64,000 nucleotides of DNA from Spirochaetota bacterium (GTDB lineage Bacteria > Spirochaetota > UBA4802 > UBA5550), in contig CAXXHB010000003.1 of the NCBI GenBank assembly GCA_963664815.2, positions 1,792,001 through 1,856,000 on the forward strand. The letters are read 5' to 3'. The notes under the pieces were generated by a model. That model made no database searches. It saw nothing but the letters and a program-made list of their open reading frames with translations, and was not told the DNA's origin. Made by a program: the position numbers and the translations under genes. Shown piece by piece: positions 47,771-57,684 of this stretch. How positions within the stretch are numbered: position 1 is the stretch's first letter; each line of letters starts with the position of its first letter.

Positions 47771-48214
47771 CTATGAAAAATTTTTTAGCAGGACAACGTC
47801 CTCTTGGATCTCTCTGTCTATTGTACCTCCTTCAATATCTTCATGATTATGTTTTTTATATAAATACAATATAAGCTTTGCCAGTTTATCCGGAGGCATC
47901 TCCAGTCTTTCAGCATGGAGCATACGGACAACGATGGTTATAATAGATTCCATAAGTTCAGCATCGAAATCTTCTTCATATTTGAAGTTATCAGGTTTAT
48001 TGCTAATAAACATTTCTCCTTTGCCATAGAGTAGCCAGTCTGAAGATATTCCATGCACAGCTTGAATTGCCAATGCCACCTGTTTATCAATTTTGTGTAT
48101 ACCCTTGAGTTGCCTACTTAAGGTTGCTTGAGTTGTTCCAATACTTTCAGAAAACTCATTCTGCTTAAGTTTCAGCGTCTTAAGTATTATTGATAATCTT
48201 TCATTAGATTCCAT
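47771..48214 (-). CDS. Prophage repressor, XRE/CI-like HTH
   Basis: LKQNEFSESIGTTQATLSRQ..ISSDWLLYGKGEM; divergent from early operon. Confidence 0.82.
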   Translation of the reverse strand: MESNERLSIILKTLKLKQNEFSESIGTTQATLSRQLKGIHKIDKQVALAIQAVHGISSDWLLYGKGEMFISNKPDNFKYEEDFDAELMESIITIVVRMLHAERLEMPPDKLAKLILYLYKKHNHEDIEGGTIDREIQEDVVLLKNFS

Positions 48215-48229
48215 GAAACCTCAAAAAAA

Positions 48230-48338
48230 TTGCGTAACGTATAAATATTATTTGACAAATATACGTTTCGTATTATGTTGTTATTGTTGCTGTTCTTTGA
48301 GGGTCAGATTTGACCCTCGTATTAAAATAGCAACAATA
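48230..48338 (+). promoter_or_regulatory. Early promoter with operators and leader hairpin
   Basis: TTGACA 48252-57, TATGTT 48274-79; ATACG-TTT-CGTAT 48261-73 and TTGCG-TAA-CGTAT 48230-42; hairpin 48282-48338. Confidence 0.6.
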
Positions 48339-48425
48339 CAATATTATGTCTCTAATTGTCGTTAGTGCGACAGTTACAACACTAAATTAATATATGTTAG
48401 GATAATTTGCAACATAAAAATTAAT

Positions 48426-48695
48426 ATGGAGGTAGATATGAAGTGGTTAAAAAACATGAAGAAATTGAACTTCCGGTTCAACGGCTTTTCCAGGCATAAC
48501 TTTTACCTGGCGGAGTTTTCCCGCAGCATCTATTCAAGTTTTTCAATAAGCATCATCAATCCAGTAAGATGCATAGGCATTCTTGCATTTACCCGTCATC
48601 CAGGCGAGGACGCTGCATTTATCATTCTCAATATTGAATTCTACCGGGATATGGAGAACACATTCTTTTCAAAATTCACACACAGAGAGAAATGA
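48426..48695 (+). CDS. Phage early hypothetical protein
   Basis: GGAGG RBS suggests start at ATG 48438; first ORF of early arm. Confidence 0.5.
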   Translation: MEVDMKWLKNMKKLNFRFNGFSRHNFYLAEFSRSIYSSFSISIINPVRCIGILAFTRHPGEDAAFIILNIEFYRDMENTFFSKFTHREK

Positions 48696-48870
48696 TGGAT
48701 AAGCAAGAACTGGAAAAACTCAAAAAGAGGCTGGATGACATAAAGAAGATTAAGCCGGCAACCATTGATGAAGCTGCTTATCTTTTCGCGGAAGTAAATG
48801 GCATTCATCAAAAGTTGAAAGCCGAGCAAAGAACATATTAAAAGTCAATAAATTTTAAAGGAGGCATAAA

Positions 48871-49179
48871 TTGAACCAAACATTAGCAAAAGCGGAAGGG
48901 TTTCTAAATGAAGCCCACAAAATCACATGGAGAGATATCCATGTAACAGACAGGGAGATGCTTCGAGTTGCCCTGATTAAAAAGCATGGCTCCCTCACAG
49001 TGGCTGCAGAAGCACTGGAGCTGCCTTATCCCAGGTTGAGTGCTGCAATTTGCGGAAGAGAATCTCTTCTTTATGTAGTTGCTACATTACAATCTGATCT
49101 TGGTTTGTCAGATGACCAGGTATTAAATCTCTGGCCGCTGCTGAAAAAGTGGCCCAGAAAATCCAGAGTTGCAAGTTAG
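48871..49179 (+). CDS. Ner/Cro-like HTH protein
   Basis: AGGAGG RBS with TTG start; KKHGSLTVAAEALELPYPRLSAAICGR. Confidence 0.6.
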   Translation: MNQTLAKAEGFLNEAHKITWRDIHVTDREMLRVALIKKHGSLTVAAEALELPYPRLSAAICGRESLLYVVATLQSDLGLSDDQVLNLWPLLKKWPRKSRVAS

Positions 49180-49190
49180 CAGGTGCTTCA

Positions 49191-49391
49191 ATGAAAACCA
49201 TAAGTATGGATTTAATCAACCAGGTTAAAGAGATCAAGGAAAAGACAGGTATCTCAACAAGGTCGGCAATGGAGATTCTTTCTGATACAGGCGTATGTAA
49301 AGAATCAGAACTGCCAGATGTAGAAACAATGGATGCCATACTACGTGGCATTGAAGAAAAACAAACAATGAAGGAGAGAGTCCATGTTTAA
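49191..49391 (+). CDS. Phage hypothetical protein
   Basis: Operon context; overlaps next ORF. Confidence 0.5.
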   Translation: MKTISMDLINQVKEIKEKTGISTRSAMEILSDTGVCKESELPDVETMDAILRGIEEKQTMKERVHV

Positions 49392-49632
49392 AAAAATCAT
49401 CAGGCCAAGGAAAAGAGAAGAAGAGATTATCACTTTTATCGAAAAAGAAGCGGGATGTAAAATAACAGGCAATGCCCGGGAAGCTATTCTTAACGAGCTG
49501 GAAGTATCATACAAACTTAACGGTCAGGTGTCCCAGGGGTATATAAACAACCTTGTTAAGGCTTACAGTTATGTAGCTCAGAAAAACGAAACGGCAATCC
49601 ATGCCGGGAATGCCGCCTCGCTCGCATCTTAA
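49384..49632 (+). CDS. Phage hypothetical protein
   Basis: AAGGAG RBS. Confidence 0.55.
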   Translation: MFKKIIRPRKREEEIITFIEKEAGCKITGNAREAILNELEVSYKLNGQVSQGYINNLVKAYSYVAQKNETAIHAGNAASLAS

Positions 49633-49673
49633 GTTGAAACAATTAAGTTAATCAATCATGAGGAGTGTATTGA

Positions 49674-50024
49674 ATGGGAGAAAAAAGTCAATCAATAAAA
49701 AGAACCCGAAGTCAGCTGGTAATAGATGTAACACGCTTGGTTATATCAAAGTATCCCACCCGATGGAATGCAAAAGAGATAGCTTTGATGACCGGCGCGA
49801 ACATCCGGACAGTAAACAGGGTGCTGGCAGAGATGACAGATGCCGGGCTGCTGGAAAGGAAGTACCAGACATATAGCCTCCCGATTGATGTAGTTAACCA
49901 GTTTTATGGTGCCAAGTGGTATGTAAAGCAGGAGATTGATAAGGAGATAATGATTAACAAAAAAGGAGATAGAAATGGGAAAGAAAAAACAGGAAAACGC
50001 AATAATCCCGGCAGAGATAGTTAA
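49674..50024 (+). CDS. Winged-HTH DNA-binding protein
   Basis: GAGGAG RBS; NAKEIALMTGANIRTVNRVLAEMTDAGLL. Confidence 0.7.
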   Translation: MGEKSQSIKRTRSQLVIDVTRLVISKYPTRWNAKEIALMTGANIRTVNRVLAEMTDAGLLERKYQTYSLPIDVVNQFYGAKWYVKQEIDKEIMINKKGDRNGKEKTGKRNNPGRDS

Positions 50025-50814
50025 TGACGAAATTCTTGATGTGGCAACCGGTGAAATAATAAACACTGACAATGCTGAATCAAGGCTTGTATTCTTTGAA
50101 CAGCAAATTGCTTCAGGTTGTATACAGATAGCATTGGCTCTTAAAGCTATACGAGACGAGCAACTGTATATTTTAAGATGCAGATCAATGTCAGAATATA
50201 TAGAAGAGTATCTACCTATGCCTTTGAGAAATGCAAAGCGCCATCTCCAGATTGCTGATGCATTCAGCGGTAAAGCTCTCGAAAAATTCAAGAAAACACC
50301 AATGACTCTACTTCTCGAAATCTCGCGCAATGATGAACTTCTTGAAGAGGCTAATGATCCTGAATCAGACGCTGATGATGTTGTTAAGAAAGCGAGGGAG
50401 CAGGAAAAACGGAAATATCAGAAGAAACTTGAAAAGAGCGATGAAGTAATTAAGGGTCAGGATGCTCTTCTGAAAAATCTCCGTGACAGGCTGAATGAAA
50501 AAGATGATGAAATTGGTAAACTGAAAGGGAGCATCCAGGGCCTCATTTCAAAGAAAGACATTGATCCTGCCAAAATAGTTTTCATAACTCAGAAAAAAGA
50601 AGCCTTCGGTGTTATTGATGAATCTATGATTCAGATTCTTAACTGCCTGGGTACACTCAATAACATACCTTATGATCTGCTTGATGCCGAACTATCCGGT
50701 AAACTTTCACAATGTATGGCGGCAATAGAGGCCGGTATACGCAGGCTTCATGATTTTTATTCTTCATATGTTGTTACGCCTGCAGATAATGCTGATCTGG
50801 TACCGGGGCTATAA
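49975..50814 (+). CDS. DUF3102-like coiled-coil phage protein
   Basis: IALALKAIRDEQLY..SEYIEE..RNAKRHLQIA; precedes transposase as in other transposable phages. Confidence 0.6.
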   Translation: MGKKKQENAIIPAEIVNDEILDVATGEIINTDNAESRLVFFEQQIASGCIQIALALKAIRDEQLYILRCRSMSEYIEEYLPMPLRNAKRHLQIADAFSGKALEKFKKTPMTLLLEISRNDELLEEANDPESDADDVVKKAREQEKRKYQKKLEKSDEVIKGQDALLKNLRDRLNEKDDEIGKLKGSIQGLISKKDIDPAKIVFITQKKEAFGVIDESMIQILNCLGTLNNIPYDLLDAELSGKLSQCMAAIEAGIRRLHDFYSSYVVTPADNADLVPGL

Positions 50815-50815
50815 A

Positions 50816-52564
50816 ATGGCAAAGGGAAAGACATTCGACGAATATCTCCTTATCGAATATTCAAACAGAATCAATGCTGCTGAAAGCCGCACTGAAAAAA
50901 GAGATGCTGTTGAATGGTTTATGGAAGTGTCCGGATGCTCAAAAGGTACTGCATACAAAGTGAAGGATAAAATCTCAAAGGGTATACCATATATAGAAAT
51001 TGCATCAGCCAATCAGAAAAGAAAACCAAGAAAAAACGATGTTGAACTTCAGATTGAAAAGCGCGATGCATTACGCGTCTCCGCAATAAAAAGAAGACCT
51101 GGTGAAGATAAAAAGTGGATACCTACCGAGCGGGCTATAGAAATCTGTGAGGATATGGGACTCATCGAGAAGGAAAAATATAACCGTTACAAGATGGATC
51201 GCATACTCGCACGGGAAGGTTTAAATTTCCGCTCAGCTCAACATAGTAAAATAGCATGGGAGATAACAGCAGATTATCCCATGCATGTACTCGTGGTTGA
51301 TGCCACACCAATAGATCACTATTACATGAGTCTCGATCGTAAAGTTGTACGTTATGATGGATTGGCGAGCGGGGACAAACATGTTGATGATTATCTTGAA
51401 AGGGATAAGCTTTCAAAGGTGTGGGTCTACTATGCTGTAGATATGAAGACTAAGGCATTTCTTGTGCTGCCATTTGCTTCAGTTCCAAAAGGAGCAGCAT
51501 CAAAAAACCCGGGTGAGAATGCTGAAGACTGGATGGCCTTTCTTAAATGGGTTATGCTCCCCAAACAAAATACTCCATCACCTCTTGAGGGTAGAAAAGC
51601 TCCGTTCTCTGATTGCCCTATTGAGGGGATACCTACCTTTCTATACAGTGACCGTGGTTCAGGAATCGGTAAATCATCTCTTGTCGGCAGGATGTGTTTA
51701 CGGCTTGGTATTCAAATTGTAACTCACTTACCCGGAAATCCATCGGCTAAGGGGTCAGTCGAAAGCCGTATTGGGGCCTTTAAACGAAGCTTTGAATGCC
51801 AGATAAACCCTGGCGTAATTAAAGACATTAACCAGCTCATTTACTTCTATATGTCCTGGGCAGAGTACTACAACAAAAAGCATGGTCTGTATGACAAATG
51901 GCTCAAAGAGTCGCTTGAACATCCAGTTACCAGGGTAACTCCGCAGAATCTTCAGGATGTAACAGTATCACATATCATCAGGGTAATTGACGGCTATGGG
52001 TGCGTTTCAATTGATGGAGAGAAATGGTTTGTAACATGTGATGGAAAGTATAAAGGAACAAAAGCAACCATATACAGGGTTCCTTCAAAAGACGGTTTTG
52101 TTTATAAAGCGGAGCTGCGTGACCGGGTAATAGTGGACTGTTATAATGGCAGAAAGCAGCACAGGTTTGAAGAGATTAAAAGCTTCCCGAAAACTGAAGG
52201 TGAAAGAAATCGGGAAGAAGCCCAGGGACTGTCAAAGGTAATCGGAGGTATGCAGGATTTTGACGATATACTTCCCAAAAACGGAGACAGCAAGATTGTT
52301 CGTATGCCTTCAATAACCAGACCATCAATAGATACTCACTCACCAGTTGTACCATCAGAATTTAAAAGCCCTGAAAAAGCCTGGAAATGGGTACTCAACC
52401 AGACCGGACTTTTTCTGGAAGAGATTCCGGAGGATAGTCGCGATTCAATCAACAACCTCTTTATCATGTTCATCCGGGAGGAGGGATTTATCTCAGGTGA
52501 ATTTGCAGTAAAGATGGCAAATCTAATAAACAGTAAAAAGAAGGAGGGAATATCTCATGGGTGA
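50816..52564 (+). CDS. Mu-like DDE transposase (MuA analogue)
   Basis: VLVVDATP (D), LYSDRGSG (D), PGNPSAKGSVES (E); C-terminal GCVSIDGEKW. Confidence 0.85.
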   Translation: MAKGKTFDEYLLIEYSNRINAAESRTEKRDAVEWFMEVSGCSKGTAYKVKDKISKGIPYIEIASANQKRKPRKNDVELQIEKRDALRVSAIKRRPGEDKKWIPTERAIEICEDMGLIEKEKYNRYKMDRILAREGLNFRSAQHSKIAWEITADYPMHVLVVDATPIDHYYMSLDRKVVRYDGLASGDKHVDDYLERDKLSKVWVYYAVDMKTKAFLVLPFASVPKGAASKNPGENAEDWMAFLKWVMLPKQNTPSPLEGRKAPFSDCPIEGIPTFLYSDRGSGIGKSSLVGRMCLRLGIQIVTHLPGNPSAKGSVESRIGAFKRSFECQINPGVIKDINQLIYFYMSWAEYYNKKHGLYDKWLKESLEHPVTRVTPQNLQDVTVSHIIRVIDGYGCVSIDGEKWFVTCDGKYKGTKATIYRVPSKDGFVYKAELRDRVIVDCYNGRKQHRFEEIKSFPKTEGERNREEAQGLSKVIGGMQDFDDILPKNGDSKIVRMPSITRPSIDTHSPVVPSEFKSPEKAWKWVLNQTGLFLEEIPEDSRDSINNLFIMFIREEGFISGEFAVKMANLINSKKKEGISHG

Positions 52565-53543
52565 AAATACAATTGTACCTGTTGAAACACAAAATGTCCG
52601 TGCTGTTAAGAATGCAGTTCGTTCAACTGTTAATAATAATGGAATGATGGCTGTAGTGGCAGATGTAGGTTCAGGTAAAACAACTATGTTTAATTATCTG
52701 GCAGACTACTGGAGCAGTAATCCTCAGAAGTTCAGGGTTATAACCGTTAAAGCCTTTGAGTCGCCACTCACAAAAATTGGGGTTATAATGCGTCTTATGA
52801 TGGAAACAATAAATTCGGATATTCATATTCCTCGCGGGATTGAGAGACAGTATAAAGGACTTACAGATGAACTTTTCAGGTTCACCAGAAACAGAAGTAA
52901 CAGGGTTATCCTTATGATAGATGAAGCACAGGATTTGAATTACCAGACATTCATGGATATAAAGAAGATCCATGAAATTGCCGGCAATGGTATGAAGAAT
53001 ATGTTTTCAGTCATCCTCTTCGGTAAACCTCACCGCAAATGGGACAAACTTTATGCCGGCCCTGAAATAGGTTACCGCATGAATATGGTACTTCTTGAAG
53101 AACTTACCCAGGATGAAATGATAAAAATCGCTGAACAAAGATTCACTCTCAACTTTGAAAACGATGCAGTACGTAAAAGATTCACTGCATCTGTTAAGTA
53201 CAAAACACCGCTCGGCATTGAGTTTTTTGCAAAAGCGTTAAAGAAAGAACTTGGACTCGATGAAAGTGAATCAGCTCATGTAAATTCTGAGTTGGTTACA
53301 AAGATACCAATGTTGTCACTAAAGATCAGAGCAAAACAGGCTGGTATAAAACAGCATGATATAGCGGAAGCTGGCCGCCAGGTGATTAAACATAAAAAAG
53401 TCAATGAACAGAGAGTCAGTGAGTTCATGAATAACAAGCTTGATGATGAACAACTGGCAACTGAGCTCACAGTAATTACAGAGCAGCTTATAAATTCAAG
53501 CCTTACTCGCAAGCGCAATATAATATCAGGTAAAGCAAATTAA
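52557..53543 (+). CDS. AAA+ transposition ATPase (MuB/ExeA-like)
   Basis: ADVGSGKTT, ILMIDEAQDL, VILFGKP; overlaps transposase end. Confidence 0.88.
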   Translation: MGENTIVPVETQNVRAVKNAVRSTVNNNGMMAVVADVGSGKTTMFNYLADYWSSNPQKFRVITVKAFESPLTKIGVIMRLMMETINSDIHIPRGIERQYKGLTDELFRFTRNRSNRVILMIDEAQDLNYQTFMDIKKIHEIAGNGMKNMFSVILFGKPHRKWDKLYAGPEIGYRMNMVLLEELTQDEMIKIAEQRFTLNFENDAVRKRFTASVKYKTPLGIEFFAKALKKELGLDESESAHVNSELVTKIPMLSLKIRAKQAGIKQHDIAEAGRQVIKHKKVNEQRVSEFMNNKLDDEQLATELTVITEQLINSSLTRKRNIISGKAN

Positions 53544-53559
53544 AAAACTGGAGGGATAA

Positions 53560-54204
53560 ATGAAACCAACAAGTAAAAAAAGCAGCAAATCAAAGCTTAA
53601 AGATGAAGGTTACATGCAGGATGCACAGGGACGCCTCATTCCGCTCTCTAAAATAAAACCAATGGATTTAGAGAGAGACAAGCTTGTGAAGCAAATTGCA
53701 GCAGATGCAAAAATTGAATCGGATATTCTGTTTAACTTTAAAAAAAAGACAATGAAGGCTATAAATTCCTTTTCTGACAAATCTGCAAAGGAATACAAAG
53801 TCGGGCTTGGAGGTGAAAAAGGAAACATCACATTGTTAAGCTATGATGGCAAACTAAAAATAGTACGCTCGGTCAGTGAATATATTGTTTTCAATGAACG
53901 ACTTCAAGTTGCTAAAGCATTAATCAATGAATGTATACAGGAATGGTCAGATGGCAGCCGGGATGAGATAAAAGTATTAATCAATGATGCTTTCTCGGTA
54001 AATAAGCAGGGTAAAATTGATAAAAACAGAATACTCGGATTAAGAAGAGTACAGATAAAACACCCAAAGTGGAAAAAGGCTATGGACGCAATAACAGAAA
54101 GTATTCAGGTAGCCAATTCTAAAGAATATATCCGCGTTTATGAACAAACGGAGGATGGACGTTATTTACCTATTAACCTCGATATCGCTGCAATCGAGAT
54201 TTAA
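53560..54204 (+). CDS. DUF3164 family Mu-like phage protein
   Basis: GYMQDAQGRLIP, GGEKGNITLLSYDG, FNERLQVAKALINEC, SKEYIRVYE. Confidence 0.88.
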   Translation: MKPTSKKSSKSKLKDEGYMQDAQGRLIPLSKIKPMDLERDKLVKQIAADAKIESDILFNFKKKTMKAINSFSDKSAKEYKVGLGGEKGNITLLSYDGKLKIVRSVSEYIVFNERLQVAKALINECIQEWSDGSRDEIKVLINDAFSVNKQGKIDKNRILGLRRVQIKHPKWKKAMDAITESIQVANSKEYIRVYEQTEDGRYLPINLDIAAIEI

Positions 54205-54205
54205 C

Positions 54206-54691
54206 ATGAATAGTTCTCAAAAAAATATACCAAAATCCGGCGGCACCGCGCGTAATAAAAAAATTTCACGCATCTGGTGCCTCGCCAGGGATCTCGGTAT
54301 GAACGGAAAAAACGAAGAGAACCTTTACCTTGTCGTTGAATCAATTACAGGAAAAGATTCAATTTCAGCTCTCAATTTAATGGAGCTTGATACTGTATGC
54401 CGTACCCTTAAATCTCTTCTGTTCAAACAAAATAGGCAGAAATACCTTGAGAACGCAAAGAACAGTAAAAATGGCACGGTTTATCTCCCCACCAAGTCAC
54501 AGAAAAGCCTTGTATCCGATTACATGATAAAGCTTACAGAGCAGTTAAAACTAAATGTACCGGAGTTTTATCTTGAATCAATTTCACGTAGAACTTTCAG
54601 AAAGGATTATAAACGGCTGAACCGGGGAGAAATGCAGAGACTCATCGAAGTGCTTAAATCAATTTATAAAAGAAACCAGGAGGAAAAATGA
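54206..54691 (+). CDS. GemA / Mu gp16-like (DUF1018) protein
   Basis: KISRIWCLARDLGM, TGKDSISAL, RLIEVLK. Confidence 0.72.
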   Translation: MNSSQKNIPKSGGTARNKKISRIWCLARDLGMNGKNEENLYLVVESITGKDSISALNLMELDTVCRTLKSLLFKQNRQKYLENAKNSKNGTVYLPTKSQKSLVSDYMIKLTEQLKLNVPEFYLESISRRTFRKDYKRLNRGEMQRLIEVLKSIYKRNQEEK

Positions 54692-55335
54692 AAATTATTG
54701 AAGGATTTATTCCATCCGGACATCCAAACCGTCCGGGTAAAAAACTCGAAGCATTAAAAGCAGTGGTTATTCATTATACACAGAATGAACACCCTGAGGC
54801 TACGGATACAATGAATGTAAGGTATATCGGGCGCAAATATATACGTAATGAAACCGGAACATTCGAATCTGATGGTAAAACACCATTCCGTTTCGGGTCG
54901 GCACATGTATTCTGCGATATGGATTCAATCACACTCGCTATTCCAGTTGACGAAGTAGCATGGGGATGTGGAGACAAAAACTTCCATGGAGGATACCAGC
55001 CAGTTGCTGAATCAACATTCAAACGCCGACAGAATTTTCAGACCGTTTCTGTCGAAATTTGCAATAATGATGCTGTCAAAAATTCAGATGAAGACTGGGA
55101 TGGTGCTGTTTCCAATGCCAGACAGTGGGTAATAGATTTCCTTAAAGATCAAAAACTGACTGTTGATGTTGATGGATCACTTAATCCCCAGAAGCTAAAG
55201 GCAACTCCGGAGGCAGGGAAAATACTCATTCTCCGTCACTATGATCTTACAGGTAAAAATTGCCCGGCCAGGTTCGTTAAAGATACAGAAGCATGGGAAT
55301 CTTTTATCAGGGATATTTCAAATTCAGTAGCATAA
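54688..55335 (+). CDS. N-acetylmuramoyl-L-alanine amidase endolysin
   Basis: VVIHYT, SAHVF, EVAWGCG, SVEIC, LRHYDLTGKNCP. Confidence 0.88.
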   Translation: MKIIEGFIPSGHPNRPGKKLEALKAVVIHYTQNEHPEATDTMNVRYIGRKYIRNETGTFESDGKTPFRFGSAHVFCDMDSITLAIPVDEVAWGCGDKNFHGGYQPVAESTFKRRQNFQTVSVEICNNDAVKNSDEDWDGAVSNARQWVIDFLKDQKLTVDVDGSLNPQKLKATPEAGKILILRHYDLTGKNCPARFVKDTEAWESFIRDISNSVA

Positions 55336-55356
55336 TATTATACCAAGGAGTGTACA

Positions 55357-55698
55357 ATGATAAAAAAAAGAAATACCGGCATGGCAAATAAATCCCGTCC
55401 TGCCGCAGAGCCGGACGGAGATCCGGCTGAAACCGTGATTAAAGCTGTTCAGCCTCTGGGAGATGACAGTATAGAAAAAATTGACAATCAGTACGAAGCA
55501 GCAGGTTTCGCCATCAAAGAAATTTTTAAAAACTGGAAAAAGTTCCTGATTCTAATCTCCGTGATACTTCTTATCATCGGGATTATATTGCTTCTGCTTC
55601 TGCCGGGGTATAAATGCCAGACAAAATCAAACTCATTTGAAAAGAGTCCAGTTAATCTGCCAGGTAAAGAACACTCCACATCTGGAGGAGTAGAATAA
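55357..55698 (+). CDS. Single-TM protein, candidate holin or spanin component
   Basis: Follows endolysin; one long hydrophobic helix. Confidence 0.55.
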   Translation: MIKKRNTGMANKSRPAAEPDGDPAETVIKAVQPLGDDSIEKIDNQYEAAGFAIKEIFKNWKKFLILISVILLIIGIILLLLLPGYKCQTKSNSFEKSPVNLPGKEHSTSGGVE

Positions 55699-55895
55699 AT
55701 CATGTTTTAAAAATAAATTGAAGGGAGACTGCCAATGAATGCCGGTTTAGTATCAGTTAATAAAGTCCCAGTAATAAAATGCCAGAAATCAATTGATAAG
55801 GAGATGCTTGAAGCCATAGAAAATATAAAGGCCACACTTCTTATAGAAAAAAAGAAAGGTAATCCAGACGCAGATTTCATTTTAAGGAGGATGAG

Positions 55896-56444
55896 ATGAG
55901 CAAGTTTAATGATATAATGATAGATATAGAAACGCTCGGAGCAGTTCCCTACAGCGTTATATTATCAATTGCAGCAGTGGAGTTTGACATGAGAACCGGA
56001 AAAACCGGACGGGAGTTTTATTGTATCGTTGACCCGGAATCATGCCAGAAACATGGTCTTAAAATTGAAGCGAATACAGTCCTCTGGTGGTTGACACAAT
56101 CGATTGAAGCGCGCGCTGAGTTTACTGGAAGTAAATCAAAACTTGATATTACAAAAGCACTCAATCAATTCAATAACTTTATTTCGAAGTGTGAAATTAA
56201 TGTAAATCTGTGGGCAAATTCTCCATCATTCGATTGTGCCAGAATCCGTGAGGCATGTGAGATAACAGGTCTTAAAGTTCCCTGGACTTATAAACAGGAA
56301 AGAGACTGTCGGACTATTATGGCAAGGTATCCACATGCAATCCCGAAAAATAAGAAATTAGTTTCACACAATGCCCTTAATGATTGTTATAACCAGATCG
56401 AGCGTCTTGTCTTTGTTGATGATTTTATCCGGAGGATGAAATGA
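55896..56444 (+). CDS. DEDD 3'-5' exonuclease (Rv2179c-like)
   Basis: IMIDIETLG, WANSPSFD, RDCRT, HNALND. Confidence 0.88.
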   Translation: MSKFNDIMIDIETLGAVPYSVILSIAAVEFDMRTGKTGREFYCIVDPESCQKHGLKIEANTVLWWLTQSIEARAEFTGSKSKLDITKALNQFNNFISKCEINVNLWANSPSFDCARIREACEITGLKVPWTYKQERDCRTIMARYPHAIPKNKKLVSHNALNDCYNQIERLVFVDDFIRRMK

Positions 56445-56647
56445 TTAAGCCAGATGATCTTTATAAACTTGATATGGGATTTACATTGGCGGTAATAGCA
56501 TTGATAACCGCGATGGGTATGCAAGCAGAGAATCAGAAAAGGCTTTCAGACGGTTTATCAATAGCATATGGAGAAGATCAGTTTAACCAAATTATTAAAA
56601 ACAATGATCTTCATTATAACGTTGTAGTTGAAAGATGGAGGTCTTAA
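56441..56647 (+). CDS. Phage hypothetical protein
   Basis: ATGA overlap; AMGMQAENQ.R..G.SIAY. Confidence 0.6.
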   Translation: MIKPDDLYKLDMGFTLAVIALITAMGMQAENQKRLSDGLSIAYGEDQFNQIIKNNDLHYNVVVERWRS

Positions 56648-56650
56648 TCA

Positions 56651-56851
56651 ATGGCACTTCGAGGAAGAGATCGTACAAAATTATTAACGGCTGGTTTTCA
56701 GATATTTCGAAGGGAGGAATCCAGGTTGTTAATCAAAATTTGCAATGAGAGAAACGAATGGTCGTTTTATAAAAAATGCAGCACAAAAAAAGAACTCAAG
56801 GAAGAAATGGACAAACTCATGGATATGCAGTTCTGCATCGAGGACATATGA
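56651..56851 (+). CDS. Phage hypothetical protein
   Basis: GGAGG RBS. Confidence 0.55.
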   Translation: MALRGRDRTKLLTAGFQIFRREESRLLIKICNERNEWSFYKKCSTKKELKEEMDKLMDMQFCIEDI

Positions 56852-56872
56852 AAACAATTAGGAGAAGTAATT

Positions 56873-57067
56873 ATGCTAATTATATTCAAAAGAATTAAAG
56901 CAGATTTAAAAGAAATATTTGAACTCGTGCAAAAACATCCAGAATTGAAACAAATGACAAAAAAAGAAATGTTGGTTGCTCAGCAACTCATAACCGATTC
57001 TTTAAAAAAACTGAAACGCAGCATCTCATATTCAGAATCTGTAAACCAAGGAGACTTATTCAAATGA
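56873..57067 (+). CDS. Phage hypothetical protein
   Basis: AGGAG RBS; ends QGDLF. Confidence 0.55.
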   Translation: MLIIFKRIKADLKEIFELVQKHPELKQMTKKEMLVAQQLITDSLKKLKRSISYSESVNQGDLFK

Positions 57068-57366
57068 ATATTATTATGAGACCTCGTAACGCCGGAAAAA
57101 CAACTGAACTTATTAAACTCAGTGCTCAGAATGGTGGATATATCGTATGTAATTCCCATAATGAGGCTTGGCAAATTCATGAGCTTTCAAGACAAATGGG
57201 ATTAGAAATTCCATTTCCTCTTACTTATTCAGAATTTCTTCATGGATATTATCATCCCCAAGGTGTTAAAAATTTATTAATTGATAATGCTGACTATCTA
57301 ATTAATAGTCTAAGTAAATCACCAATAGAAGCAATTACGCTAACAACTGATACACGGGAGGGATAA
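57064..57366 (+). CDS. Small P-loop-like phage protein
   Basis: PRNAGKTT and LLIDNA. Confidence 0.6.
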   Translation: MNIIMRPRNAGKTTELIKLSAQNGGYIVCNSHNEAWQIHELSRQMGLEIPFPLTYSEFLHGYYHPQGVKNLLIDNADYLINSLSKSPIEAITLTTDTREG

Positions 57367-57370
57367 AAGC

Positions 57371-57586
57371 ATGTATCCTGAATATAAAAAAGAAGAGGTT
57401 TTGCGTGAAAAACGATATTTGGGTGATGGTCTCCATTATTTTATTATACGCCCTGACAAATGGAGCGGAGAGCCTTTAGCAGAATTATTTGATTCACAAG
57501 GTAAATCTATGATGATGGTAACTATCGGGAATAGAAGCATCCATAATATTATTGATCTTTTCGAAATAAGGGTTATGCATCAATAA
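57371..57586 (+). CDS. Phage hypothetical protein
   Basis: GGAGG RBS. Confidence 0.5.
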   Translation: MYPEYKKEEVLREKRYLGDGLHYFIIRPDKWSGEPLAELFDSQGKSMMMVTIGNRSIHNIIDLFEIRVMHQ

Positions 57587-57684
57587 TAAGTGATGCTTTT
57601 CATGGGGAACTGACAGTTTTAGTTAGACCACGACCAGTAAGTCGAAGCTGCAGAAGCTTGTAAAAATCACACCAGAGGGTAAAG

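Noticed and set aside
50816-53543. Tn7/CAST TnsB-TnsC or IS21 IstAB
   Set aside because: No TniQ or Cas, no local IS ends; neighbours are Mu-type DUF3164 and GemA, and the element ends enclose the whole phage
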